A stretch of DNA of 64,000 nucleotides from an uncultured Armatimonadetes bacterium (GCA_963717145.1 OY970325.1:1536001-1600000), one strand, 5' to 3'. Positions 21,504 through 31,628 are shown, counted from the first letter of the stretch. Translations and numbers: made by a program. Notes: generated by a model from the letters alone, not told the origin.

Positions 21504-22220
21504 CCTCACCATCAATGGCGAGTCTAGCAAATCAGAAGCATGCTGAAGCAAGCTGAGCAACCCGCAGCTTGCTTCAGCATGCTTACGTGCCATCAGCCTG
21601 ATGCTTCAACATCAGGGCCGAATGGATCATAGATCGCAGGTTCCTCCCGAACCATCGACGGTTTCCGATCGTCGTCCTCTGAGCAATCCTCAAGAGTCGG
21701 CCAGAGCTTGCCCGACGCATGATGCTCCTTCTGTCCGCTGATGTAATCCATCACCACTTGCAGGTTATCATGCCGGAAAGAGACAACCCCGTATCCCCGC
21801 TGCCATTCGAAGCCACGATCGCCCTCGGAGAGGTGGTTGATGTGATGAGAACTGGCCCCCTTGACCTCGCCAACGAACCTGGAGACGGACACTGAAGGAG
21901 GGATCGACGCACTTATGTGGACATGATCCTCCGTTCCATTCACCTCGAAGACCTCTCCGCCCAGAGCTTTGGCCTTCCTCCGCATGGCCTGGTGAACCTG
22001 ATCCTCGATTTCAGTGGTAATCCTCGGCTGCCGACCCTTGGTGGACCATACGATGTGGTAATACAGCTTGCAGAATGGCACGTTGCCTCCTCCCCTCATC
22101 ATCAATGATGAGTCTGTCGCGTTCAAAGCATGCTGAAGCAAGCTGGGGACAGGATGCGGTTCTCCGCCCAGCTTGCTTCAGCATGCTTCCGATACATCAG
22201 ACTGATGCTTTGACATCAGG
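21504..22220 (-). mobile_element. Y1 transposase gene bracketed by two ~115-125 bp direct repeats made of nested hairpins (REPtron/IS200-like unit)
   Basis: Repeats at ~21504-21616 and ~22094-22220 share CCTCAyCATCAATGryGAGTCT, a 20-bp stem AAGCATGCTGAAGCAAGCTG/CAGCTTGCTTCAGCATGCTT, and CTGATGCTTyrACATCAG. Confidence 0.8.
21593..22081 (-). CDS. tnpA: IS200/IS605-family (Y1, HUH) transposase
   Basis: YYHIVWSTKGR, DHVHI (HUH), KGASS, WQRGYG, YI..QKEHH; SD ggagg before GTG. Confidence 0.93.
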   Translation of the reverse strand: MPFCKLYYHIVWSTKGRQPRITTEIEDQVHQAMRRKAKALGGEVFEVNGTEDHVHISASIPPSVSVSRFVGEVKGASSHHINHLSEGDRGFEWQRGYGVVSFRHDNLQVVMDYISGQKEHHASGKLWPTLEDCSEDDDRKPSMVREEPAIYDPFGPDVEASG

Positions 22221-22221
22221 T

Positions 22222-22686
22222 CTACGCCATCTCGTCCTGCTCGGGTGTGTTCTCCATTTCCGCCAGTTTTGCCTTGATGCCCTCGTGCAATGCCTTCGCC
22301 TCCGGATAGAGAAGGATCATGGCAAACAGATATGCACCGAATGCTATCCACCTGTCTCTCCCATCGGCAGCGATAGTCACTGGCATCATACAGAGCGCCG
22401 CCACCACCGCCTGCAGTGCCGTGCTGCCAATGTCAGGCGAGCGCAGTCCCACCGCCTCGTCCACATAGAAGCGAATACCTCGCCGCACGTCCCATTTCCA
22501 GAACAGACTGAACAGCAATCCTGCACATAGTCCGATGAGGAGTCTGTGCGGAATTGCATCGCGGAACCCGTACTTGGCCAGGGAGCACGCGACGATAGCC
22601 AGCCCGGTCGCGCAGACCGGCATTATCAACACCAGAGGATGGCTCCAATATGCGGCCGCTCTCTGCCACCAGGTAGGTCGTTTCAT
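22222..22686 (-). CDS. Hypothetical integral membrane protein
   Basis: About four hydrophobic segments; starts immediately after the aspA stop. Confidence 0.55.
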   Translation of the reverse strand: MKRPTWWQRAAAYWSHPLVLIMPVCATGLAIVACSLAKYGFRDAIPHRLLIGLCAGLLFSLFWKWDVRRGIRFYVDEAVGLRSPDIGSTALQAVVAALCMMPVTIAADGRDRWIAFGAYLFAMILLYPEAKALHEGIKAKLAEMENTPEQDEMA

Positions 22687-24105
22687 CTATGTCTTGTCCT
22701 CCATTGTGCTTTGACCGGCGATTCCCGGGTGGGTCATCTCGGTCGGGGAGAGGATGGTGTCGAGCTGCTTCTTGGTGAAGAGCTTCTTTTCAAGGGCAAG
22801 CTCGCGGATCGTCCTGCCGGTCGCGAGCGCCTCGCGGGAGAGTTCGGACGCCGCCTCGTAGCCGATGTAGGGCGAGAGCGCCGTCACGAGCGTGAAGCTG
22901 TTCTCCAGCAACTCGGAGCATCGCGCTTCATCGGCCTCGATGCCCTTGATGCACTTCTCGGCGAGAAGACGCGCCGCCGCAGTGAGCATATCGAACGACT
23001 GGAAGAGGTTGTGCGCCAATGCCGGGATGAACGCGTTCAGCTCGAGCTGGCCGTTCATCGCACAGAGTGTGATCGCCTGGTCGTTCGCCATCACCTGGAA
23101 CGCGACCTGACTGACCGCCTCCGTGACGACCGGGTTCACCTTCCCCGGCATGATCGACGATCCCGCCTGAAGCTCCGGCAGCTTGATCTCCCCCACCCCG
23201 GCGCGCGGCCCGGAGGAGAGGATCCTCAGGTCGGAGGCGATCTTCGCCAGGTCGGTCGCCGCCGCCTTGAGCATCCCCGAGACCTCGACGAACATGTCGA
23301 AGTTCTGCGTGGCATCGATCATGTTCTCGGCGCGCGCAAGTCCGACGCCGGTGAGGTCGCGGAGGATATCGACGACCTGGAACACGTACTTCCGGTCGGC
23401 GTTGAGCCCGGTTCCGACCGCCGTACCGCCGAGGTTCACCTGCCTGAGCCGCTCCTCGACCTTGTAGAGCCGCCACCAGTCGCGCTGGATCGCCTGCGCC
23501 CAGGCCGAAAACTCCTGGCCGAGCGTGATCGGCACGGCGTCCTGCATCTCGGTCCGGCCGACCTTCAGGATGCCGGCGAACTCTTTCTCCTTCTCCTGAA
23601 GCGCGGCCTGGAGATCCGCCATGGCCTGACTCGTGCCCTGAAGGAGCCGGATCGCGGTCAGCTTCACGGCGGTCGGGACGACATCGTTCGTCGACTGCGA
23701 GAGGTTGACGTGATCGAGCGGATGGACGATCGAGTAATCACCCTTCGCGCCGCCGAGGATCTCGATCGCGCGGTTGGCGATCACCTCGTTGGCGTTCATG
23801 TTCATCGAGGTGCCCGCGCCGCCCTGGAATGCATCGGTGATGAACTGATCGTGGAGCGCACCGCCGGCGATCTCATCACAGGCCGACGTGATCGCGTTCC
23901 CAATGCGCTCGTCGAGGTAGCCGGTCCGCATGTTGGCGATCGCGCACGCCTTCTTGACCAACGCGAGCGAGCGGATCAGTTCCCGATGGATGCCAAGCCC
24001 CGAGATGCGAAAGGTCTCGGCGGAACGGAGCGTATGGATACCGTAGTAGGCATCAGCGGGCACTTTGAGAACGCCCAAGAGATCATGTTCCTGCCTGCTT
24101 TTCAT
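22687..24105 (-). CDS. aspA: Aspartate ammonia-lyase (fumarase/aspartase family)
   Basis: QGGAGTSMNMNANEVIANRA, SQSTND, GRTEMQDA, GSSIMPGKVNPV. Confidence 0.92.
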   Translation of the reverse strand: MKSRQEHDLLGVLKVPADAYYGIHTLRSAETFRISGLGIHRELIRSLALVKKACAIANMRTGYLDERIGNAITSACDEIAGGALHDQFITDAFQGGAGTSMNMNANEVIANRAIEILGGAKGDYSIVHPLDHVNLSQSTNDVVPTAVKLTAIRLLQGTSQAMADLQAALQEKEKEFAGILKVGRTEMQDAVPITLGQEFSAWAQAIQRDWWRLYKVEERLRQVNLGGTAVGTGLNADRKYVFQVVDILRDLTGVGLARAENMIDATQNFDMFVEVSGMLKAAATDLAKIASDLRILSSGPRAGVGEIKLPELQAGSSIMPGKVNPVVTEAVSQVAFQVMANDQAITLCAMNGQLELNAFIPALAHNLFQSFDMLTAAARLLAEKCIKGIEADEARCSELLENSFTLVTALSPYIGYEAASELSREALATGRTIRELALEKKLFTKKQLDTILSPTEMTHPGIAGQSTMEDKT

Positions 24106-24229
24106 GCGCGCATTATATCACGTCGAGGGATGCCGGGGGAGTCCTGGTGCTTCGGCAGCGCCACTGCGTTCTGCTGCCGAAGCGTCGATCAGGGGATAGG
24201 GCCGGGGGTGAGCCCCGGCCCCCAGTGCA

Positions 24230-24972
24230 TCATGCAGGCTGCCTGCAGCCCTGCCAGTAGTCGTAGTACACGTCGAGGTCTTCGGTGCCCTCGGTGTACT
24301 CGGGGCCGCCTGAAGATGGTCGGCGGTCATGTCGAGATGCACCAACTGGGTGTCCTCATCGGCCTCGAGCAGGTCGAGAGGGATCAGCGTCAGCCTCTCA
24401 TCCATCTTCCAGTATGCGCCATAGCTGACCACCGCCAGTCCACTACGATCATCCGACATCAAGTCGCTGATCTCACCGATCTCGTGGCCGTGGCTGTCCA
24501 CGAGCTTCCACCCGGTGACATCGATGGCGAGCATCGCTTGCTCTTCTTCCTCGGCGAGCAGATCGGTCTCCCTCTGCTCCCAGTAGTCGTAGTAGCGGCC
24601 GAAGTCACACAGCTCCTCGCCGTACTTCGGAGCTTCCTTGAGGTCCTCGTCGGTACCGAGCAGCAGCGCCTGCTCGCGCTCCGCATCCAACTCGAGCCAG
24701 TCGATCGGCACGAGAGTCCGGCTCTTGTCGTCGAGGCTGACGAGAGCCATGACCGCGGCGCCCGCTTCCTCGCTTACCATGAGGTCGTCAACCGTGCTCA
24801 TCCGGTCGCCATTCTGGTTCACGATCGCCCAACCACGGACATCCGGCTCGCCCTCGACGACCTGCCAGTCCACCATATCGGTGAGCTTCCTGAGATCGTC
24901 CGGCCGCTCGACGTAGTAGTCGTATTCCACCGTTTCGACGATCTCCTCCACGTAAACACGCTCTTCCATCAT
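24230..24972 (-). CDS. Tandem PRC-barrel domain protein; apparent 1-nt deletion near 24303
   Basis: EPDVRGW...DLMV...LVPID and a second repeat; restored frame gives APEYTEGTEDLDVYYDYWQ matching the first repeat's APKY...YYDYWE, stop at 24230, hairpin at 24199-24221. Confidence 0.75.
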
Positions 24973-25034
24973 TACCTAACCTCCTTGTACGATGATGTCC
25001 CAGGCCTAATCCGTATACCCGCTCGGCGCGCTCA

Positions 25035-25466
25035 TTACGCGGCCGCCCAGTAGTCGTAGTGGGGATCAAGATCCCCGCTCACAGGATCGTATTCCGGCGC
25101 ATCATGAAGGTGATGGAGCGACCCGGTGAAGAGCACGCGGCTGTCCGGTATATCGAGTTCCAACCTGTCCACGGGAATGAGTATCCGCCGGTTGCTCAGG
25201 TGGCGATGGATGCCGTAATCCACGCTACTCTCTCCGATGACCTCCCCAGTGTTCAGGATTGCGAACACCGCCCGGGCAGTATCGGTACTGACGAGCACGT
25301 CTTCGACAGCGCCGATGGGCATCCCGTGCTCCTGCTCGTAGACAGCCCATCCTCGGATATCGGGTTCTCCCTCAGCCGGTTGCCAATCCGGTAGATCGCT
25401 AAGTCGCCGCAGGTCCGTACTGCGAGTAGCAAGTCCTTCGTGAATGTTCGGCTCGAGTTCATGCAT
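25035..25466 (-). CDS. PRC-barrel domain protein
   Basis: EPDIRGWAV...IGAVEDVLV...ILIPVDRL...APEY...YDYW; paralog of neighbour. Confidence 0.75.
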   Translation of the reverse strand: MHELEPNIHEGLATRSTDLRRLSDLPDWQPAEGEPDIRGWAVYEQEHGMPIGAVEDVLVSTDTARAVFAILNTGEVIGESSVDYGIHRHLSNRRILIPVDRLELDIPDSRVLFTGSLHHLHDAPEYDPVSGDLDPHYDYWAAA

Positions 25467-25685
25467 TGTGTTCGTCCTTACCGGAGCTTGGCGGTCTGCA
25501 TTCCTTGTCTATCCCGGACACGCAGGGCCTGACCGCACTCGATGAGTGTTTACCCTCAAGCCGGTAGAGCTATGCACCCGCGCGATTATCTCAGCACAAA
25601 AAAGGTCACCGCATCCCAGCGTTCCTGCAGGAGTACGCCGAGCCACGGCGAAAGCAAGATTGACATTTCAATCGGAGGTATTCTC

Positions 25686-26390
25686 TTGCTGATGACCAAC
25701 TCCGCTCGTTTGGCACTTGTTATCGGCGCAGGACTGATTCTGGTGGCGCTCTCCGCGACCGCCGCAGATAAGCCTCTCTTCCTCGACGACGAACAGCGTC
25801 CCTCGGACGCCGTTGTCCTGTTCGACGGCAAAGACCTGTCGCAGTGGGTCCAGGTCGGCTCCGACAAGCCTGCGGGTTGGAAGGTCGCGAAGGGTTATAT
25901 GGAAGTCGGGGGCGGAAACATACGCACGAAACAGGAGTTCATGGATTGCCAACTGCACATCGAGTTCTGGCTGCCATCGATGCCCGACGCGAAGGGGCAG
26001 GCCCGCGCTAACAGCGGGGTCTACCTGCAGGGCAGATACGAGGTGCAGGTGCTCGATTCCTATGGCCTCAGGAGTCAGAGCAACGATTGCGGCGCGATAT
26101 ACGGCGTTGCCGCTCCATTGGTCAACGCGTGCAGGCCGCCCGAGCACTGGCAGAGTTACGATATCCTCTTCCATGCGCCGAAGTTCGACGACACGGGTAA
26201 CCTGGTCACCAAGCCGCGGATCACCGTGCTGCAGAACGGCGTCCTGATCCAGGAGAATGTGGACGTGTTCGGCACGACTACCGCCGGCGCTCCCGGCGAT
26301 CCCAAGACAGCAGGACCGGTGATGCTTCAGGACCACGGCAATCCGGTGAGATACCGGAACGTGTGGGTCCGTCCGCTCCGGGAGATTTAG
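25686..26390 (+). CDS. Secreted DUF1080 (3-keto-glycoside hydrolase-like) protein
   Basis: Signal peptide; LFDGKDLSQW, NSGVYL, YEVQVLDS, WQSYDI, LQDHGNPVRYRNVW. Confidence 0.9.
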   Translation: MLMTNSARLALVIGAGLILVALSATAADKPLFLDDEQRPSDAVVLFDGKDLSQWVQVGSDKPAGWKVAKGYMEVGGGNIRTKQEFMDCQLHIEFWLPSMPDAKGQARANSGVYLQGRYEVQVLDSYGLRSQSNDCGAIYGVAAPLVNACRPPEHWQSYDILFHAPKFDDTGNLVTKPRITVLQNGVLIQENVDVFGTTTAGAPGDPKTAGPVMLQDHGNPVRYRNVWVRPLREI

Positions 26391-26454
26391 AGCAGACGGG
26401 GGCTCGGCTGGGATATGTGTCATATTTGTGACCGAATTATGCCTAAAAAAGTTC

Positions 26455-26493
26455 TTGACAAGTCTTGACAAGAGTAGCATAGTGGAGTATCAG
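26455..26493 (+). promoter_or_regulatory. Two overlapping candidate sigma70 promoters upstream of the hydrolase array
   Basis: TTGACA-N17-CATAGT (26455-26483) and TTGACA-N17-TATCAG (26465-26493). Confidence 0.5.
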
Positions 26494-26963
26494 CGATTTG
26501 CCAATCGCATGGCACGGAAGAACATCATAGTGATAGCGAAAATCCCAGTCCTCTCGCGTACCTCGTTGTACGGGTCGGCTTCTCATGAGTGGACAGCGTG
26601 ACGGGACCTGCAGTTCGTGTGGGTTCCCGGGGTTATTATAGACCGCATTTCCATTCCAGGAACGCAGCATGGAGGTTGGATGACAGCGATGTAACCGTTT
26701 GCATTCAAGGCATCGGTTGAACTCTATCCGATAACCGAATAGGCAATACGAGGATCACCATCCGGCAGAATGCCGACCCGCAGGGTTGGAAGATAAACAG
26801 CAATTCTGTAATCATTTCATTCTGTAGTACCTGTAGTAAAAGCGATCCTGCCATCGCATTCAGGAGGTGGTGCGCAGCCGGCATCTGATACCCGGCGCGT
26901 CCGTAGTGTTTTACCTTGACGGGAGATATGATTCCCCGTATCGATCGGAAAAGGAGCGCAGCA

Positions 26964-27596
26964 ATGCGACGTTCAACATGGGTACTGCTCACGGCACTGG
27001 CAGTGCTAACATTGTGCTTGTCCCAGCAGGCCAATGCAGCGGAGCTTCGAGGCTTATGGGTAGACGCAGGGGGGTCAGGCTACGAGAGCCCGACTGCGAC
27101 CACCACAATGCTTGATTACGTCCAGGCGTGTAACTGCAACGCCGTCATAATCGAGATGCGCAAACGCGGTGACGCGTACTACACGTCGTCCATCGTGCCC
27201 ACGGGGATGAACATAACCCCGCAGGTCGGTTACGACTGCCTCGCAGACATCGTTACCAATGCTCACGACCGGACACTGAACGTCCACGCGTGGGCTGTGG
27301 TCTACCGGGGCTGGACCTTCACGACCCCGGATCACGTCTTCAATACGCACCCCGAGTGGTTCGACCTCACCGCTACACGCGCCCAGTTTGACTCAGCCGG
27401 AAACGGATACCCCGGCGTTGCCCGGACCCACGACGCAACTTCCCTCACGCGATACCATGCGGTGTGTGGGCTCCGGAGTCTCCAGCTTGGCAAGTTCGAG
27501 CGACTATCTTCGGTTCAACATCGAGTACAACTAGCCAAGCACGATTCGGCCAGCTGCAAGTCAGCTGGCCGCCGATTTTACTCGCAGGACAAATAG
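26964..27596 (+). pseudogene. Truncated, internally deleted paralog of the downstream GHL10 glycosidase
   Basis: Aligns to the 27684 protein (ELRGLWVD, RKRGDAYY, YDCLADIV, HVFNTHPEWF) then skips LDPGHP...DGFVLDYIR and degenerates. Confidence 0.75.
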
Positions 27597-27683
27597 TTCG
27601 GCGAGTCACGTACCCGGCAGGGGCATGGTGGCCGCCCCTGCCGGGTACAAACGGGTCGCAAACCGACCCAAAGGGAGGTAAAA

Positions 27684-29474
27684 GTGAAGTACATGTACCA
27701 CCTGATTATCTGTGGTCTGCTGCTCTTGTCCATCCTGGCACCGGCAAACGCAGCAGAATTCCGAGCCTTCTGGGTCGACTCCTGGGGCAGCGGCTTCGAG
27801 AGTTCTTCTGCAACCACGACCATGATCAACTACGTTGACTCATGTAAGTGCAACGCGGTGATCGTAGAGGTAAGGAAGCGTGGTGACGCCTATTACGATT
27901 CCAGCTACGAGCCGACCGGCATCAACGTGACCCCGACCGCCGGCTACGACTGCCTGGCGGACATCGTGACCAAGGGCCATAATGCCGGCCTGGAGGTCCA
28001 TCCGTGGGTCGTGGTCTACAGAGTGTGGACCAGCACCACCGCACCGGCGCAAACCAGTCCGAACCATGTTTTCAACACGCACCCGGAGTGGTTCAACCTG
28101 ACAAACACGGGCGCCAAGTTCGATGCCGGCAACAACAGCTATCTCGATCCAGGACATCCCGATGTAGAGAACCACCACATCACCACGTTCATGGAAATCG
28201 TCAATAACTACGACATTGACGGCTTCGTTCTCGACTACATCCGGTACCCGGGAACGACCTGGGGCTACAATGCAACCTCCGTTGCCCGCTACAACGCTGA
28301 GTACGGCCTCTCGGGTAACCCGTCTTCCACCAACACCCAGTGGTCGAACTGGCGACGAGATCAGATCAACAACATGGTCAAGAGGATGTACCTCGAAGCC
28401 AAGGCGGTCAAGCCATACATCAAGATGGGCGCCGCCGTATGGAACAGCTCATCCACGGGCAACAGCAGCTACTTCGCGAACTGGGACCTGTGGATGACCA
28501 ACCACTGGCTCGATTACGCCAGTCCGATGGCCTACACAACGTCGAACACCACCTTCAACGGTTGGGTGAACACGTATTACAACCAGCAGCACGGCCGACA
28601 CGTTTATCCTGCCCAGGGATCGTACATGAATACGATCAGCAACTCCATGACGCAGCTCAACTACGTCAGGAGCAAGCCGATGCCCGGCTCTGAGCCGTAC
28701 AGCTATCGCGTGACAAACAGCGGCACGATCGACAAGACCGCCTTCAAGAACGCGCTGCTCGCCGGCCCGTATGCGACCACTCAGTCTGTTCCGAGCATGT
28801 CGTGGATCAGCAGCCCGACTCTCGGCATGCTGAAGGGATACGTCAGGACGAGCGGCGGCGCGGCGATCTATCCCGCTACCGTCACAATCCAGAGTAAGTC
28901 GACCAAGAACAGTGGCACAGGCTTCTACGGGTTCACTGATCTCTCGACCGGGAGCTACACGGTCTCAGTGACCGCCACGGGCTACAACCCGGCGAGCGCG
29001 AATGTGAGCATTAGCGCGGGACAGGTGACTACCTGCAACCTGACGATGACCACGGGTGGTGGCGGCGGCACCGAGATCATCATCGACAACACGTCGGGAT
29101 CATTCTCGTGCAGCGCCAACTGGTCTACCGGCACGTCATCGACCGACAAGTACGGCACGAACTACCGCTACCGAAGCGTAGCAAACACAACCGATCCGGC
29201 AACCTGGACGCCGAATATCCCGTCGTCGGGGAGCTGGTCGGTCTACGCATGGTGGCCTCAGGGCGCGAACCGATCGAACAGCGCACCGTATATCGTGTAC
29301 TACAGCGGCGGAAACACGACTTACTACATGAACCAGCAGATCAACGGTGGCAAATGGAATTTGCTCACCACGCAGAACTTCGGCACGGGGACAGGATACC
29401 CGACACAGCTCTCGTGCTGGACTAGCGCACAGACGGTCGTCATGGCCGATGCCGTCCGCTGGTTACAGCAGTAG
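27684..29474 (+). CDS. Secreted GHL10/DUF187 glycoside hydrolase with carboxypeptidase-regulatory-like and golvesin/Xly-like C-terminal domains
   Basis: EFRAFWV, YLDPGHP, YDIDG..LDYIRYP, WRRDQI, PMAY; C-terminal IIIDN...W...KYG..YR...VYAWW...GGKWNLL...ADAVRW. Confidence 0.88.
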   Translation: MKYMYHLIICGLLLLSILAPANAAEFRAFWVDSWGSGFESSSATTTMINYVDSCKCNAVIVEVRKRGDAYYDSSYEPTGINVTPTAGYDCLADIVTKGHNAGLEVHPWVVVYRVWTSTTAPAQTSPNHVFNTHPEWFNLTNTGAKFDAGNNSYLDPGHPDVENHHITTFMEIVNNYDIDGFVLDYIRYPGTTWGYNATSVARYNAEYGLSGNPSSTNTQWSNWRRDQINNMVKRMYLEAKAVKPYIKMGAAVWNSSSTGNSSYFANWDLWMTNHWLDYASPMAYTTSNTTFNGWVNTYYNQQHGRHVYPAQGSYMNTISNSMTQLNYVRSKPMPGSEPYSYRVTNSGTIDKTAFKNALLAGPYATTQSVPSMSWISSPTLGMLKGYVRTSGGAAIYPATVTIQSKSTKNSGTGFYGFTDLSTGSYTVSVTATGYNPASANVSISAGQVTTCNLTMTTGGGGGTEIIIDNTSGSFSCSANWSTGTSSTDKYGTNYRYRSVANTTDPATWTPNIPSSGSWSVYAWWPQGANRSNSAPYIVYYSGGNTTYYMNQQINGGKWNLLTTQNFGTGTGYPTQLSCWTSAQTVVMADAVRWLQQ

Positions 29475-29710
29475 AGTAACAGAGCAGTAAGTGATCGAGG
29501 TCTGAACGTGGTAGGGGAATGGTGGCCCCCCTACCGGGTTCACCACAGCCGCCGGGGCTCTTCGGAGTCCCGGCGGCCGCAATCACTTCATGCCAACCGC
29601 ACCTCAGGCCGGGCATGGGTCACCACGAAGCACCACAACACTTTTTGGGAGGCTATGCAGGCAAGCACTATCCTCTGACAGGCCTGCGACCCTCCGGGGG
29701 GAAATTCAGG

Positions 29711-31612
29711 ATGAATTCGTCTCGCATGGGAAACGTGCGCGCATTGTTGACTCCTTTGCTGGCAGTGGCGGCGCTTACCACCGTTCTCGCAGGATCGTCG
29801 TTCGCCGCCGACGCCAACAAGCTCTACGGCATTCACTGGTGGGGACACAGCGAGGGCTACTCCGTGGACACCGCTCCGCAGGCTCTTCTGGACGTGCCTG
29901 CCTACTCCGCGTGGGATACGGAGACGATCCTTACCCATTCGGACTACCATTGGTCGGCTCCTTTCTTCACAGGCCTCTACTCGACCCTGTACGGCTGGAA
30001 TGTCAGCCTGATCACCCGCGTCGACTACACCTGGACCGATTGCGTGCCCGCACCGGGAGACGGCAATTACTCCGGCTGGCCCTCGTCCGTGGTGAACAGC
30101 GTAGTCAACCCGCTGAAGAACCAGTCGCATATCTGGATCGTCGGCAACGAGCCGAACATCCTGTGCGGCTCCGGCAGTCTGTGGACGAACAACAGAATTC
30201 AGCCCGCCGACTATGCCGATGCTTATCGACGCGTCAAGAACGCCATCCATGCCACACCCGCCGGCGCATCCGGGGCTCACATGGTGCTCCTGGCCGGACC
30301 GAGCTTCGGGCCCGCGGAAGGCGTGCGCTGGATGGCCGGGGCTGATTACCTGGCTCAGACTCTGAGCTACCTCGCTCCAAGCGAGGTAGACGGGTTCGCC
30401 ATCCATGCCTATGGGTGGGATGTCGGAGGCTTTCGGAACGACTACGAGAGCCAGATCAGGATTATCGACCAGACCGGATTCGGCAACAAGCCGATCTGGA
30501 TCACGGAATTCAATCGCTATACCACGGATGACAACGACGAGCAGTACACCGCCCAGTTTGCCCGTGACGCATTCGCCGATGTCAATGCGCACAACCAAAC
30601 CGTCGGCAGCCGGGACATCGTCGGGCTGACCTGGTTCGTATATGACTCCAATCAGCAGGCAGGCGGCGGCTGGAACAACTATGCCATCGAGTACTGGAAG
30701 GACCACGGCTTCCCGAGCGGTGATTCGAGGGACCTGTGGACGGCGTTCGCACAGACAGTGGACCTGCGCTATCCGGCCGGCGAGTGGAACGGAGGCCTCG
30801 AGGTGGTTGTCGACAATCCATCCTGCACACTGGTCGGCTCCTGGTACACGGGCACCTCTGCAGCGGACAAGTATGGCAGCAACTACTACTACGCCACGAC
30901 AGCCGCCACCGAGACCAAGTCGGCGACCTGGAGGCCGAGCATACCAACGACGGGTGAGTATGACGTATATGCCTGGCACAGCCAGGGGAGCAATCGATCC
31001 GCGGCCGCTCCGCACCTCGTCTCGTGGAATGGCGGATCACAGACCGTCAATGTAAACCAGACGATCAACGGCGGCAAGTGGAATCTGCTGGTCAGCCGGA
31101 AGCAGTTCGCGGCCGGAACGACTGGGACCGTGAAGCTCGGAAACGGCACTGGGGAGACTTCCAAAGTAGTCATCGCCGATGCGATCAGGTTCGATTACTT
31201 CGGGCCTACGGACATCATCCTCGACAACCCGCAGGCGACGTACTCAGGCACATGGTCGACCGGTTCTTCATCGACCGATAAGTACGGAGCCGACTACCGG
31301 TTCGCCCTCACGGCGGCGACTGAAACGGCATGGGCGAAGTGGACGCCAACCATCGTCAGCGGCACCAACTATAACGTGTATGTCTGGTATCCACAGGGCG
31401 GCAATCGGTCGATCAAGGCCCCGTACACCGTCTACTACAACGGCGGCTCGCAGGCGTTCCAGGTGAACCAGACCGGGAACGGTGGCCGATGGAATCTGCT
31501 CACCAACAAGAACTTCGCGGTCGGCACATCCGGCTACGTGAAGCTCGGCAACGGCACGGCTGAGACCTCCAAGGTCGTCATGGCCGACGCCGTGAAGTGG
31601 TCCACGCAATAA
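29711..31612 (+). CDS. Secreted clan GH-A-like hydrolase with two golvesin/Xly-like domains
   Basis: Signal peptide; VGNEPN, AIHAYG, WITEFN; two DN...ADAI/VK modules. Confidence 0.75.
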   Translation: MNSSRMGNVRALLTPLLAVAALTTVLAGSSFAADANKLYGIHWWGHSEGYSVDTAPQALLDVPAYSAWDTETILTHSDYHWSAPFFTGLYSTLYGWNVSLITRVDYTWTDCVPAPGDGNYSGWPSSVVNSVVNPLKNQSHIWIVGNEPNILCGSGSLWTNNRIQPADYADAYRRVKNAIHATPAGASGAHMVLLAGPSFGPAEGVRWMAGADYLAQTLSYLAPSEVDGFAIHAYGWDVGGFRNDYESQIRIIDQTGFGNKPIWITEFNRYTTDDNDEQYTAQFARDAFADVNAHNQTVGSRDIVGLTWFVYDSNQQAGGGWNNYAIEYWKDHGFPSGDSRDLWTAFAQTVDLRYPAGEWNGGLEVVVDNPSCTLVGSWYTGTSAADKYGSNYYYATTAATETKSATWRPSIPTTGEYDVYAWHSQGSNRSAAAPHLVSWNGGSQTVNVNQTINGGKWNLLVSRKQFAAGTTGTVKLGNGTGETSKVVIADAIRFDYFGPTDIILDNPQATYSGTWSTGSSSTDKYGADYRFALTAATETAWAKWTPTIVSGTNYNVYVWYPQGGNRSIKAPYTVYYNGGSQAFQVNQTGNGGRWNLLTNKNFAVGTSGYVKLGNGTAETSKVVMADAVKWSTQ

Positions 31613-31628
31613 GAGAAGGAGTCAAGCA

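Noticed and set aside
22546-25053. 835-aa plus-strand ORF and similar long shadow ORFs (7828-9093, 29588-31015, 46552-47973, 48958-50364)
   Set aside because: Antisense to well-supported genes; typical of high-GC codon bias; no motifs
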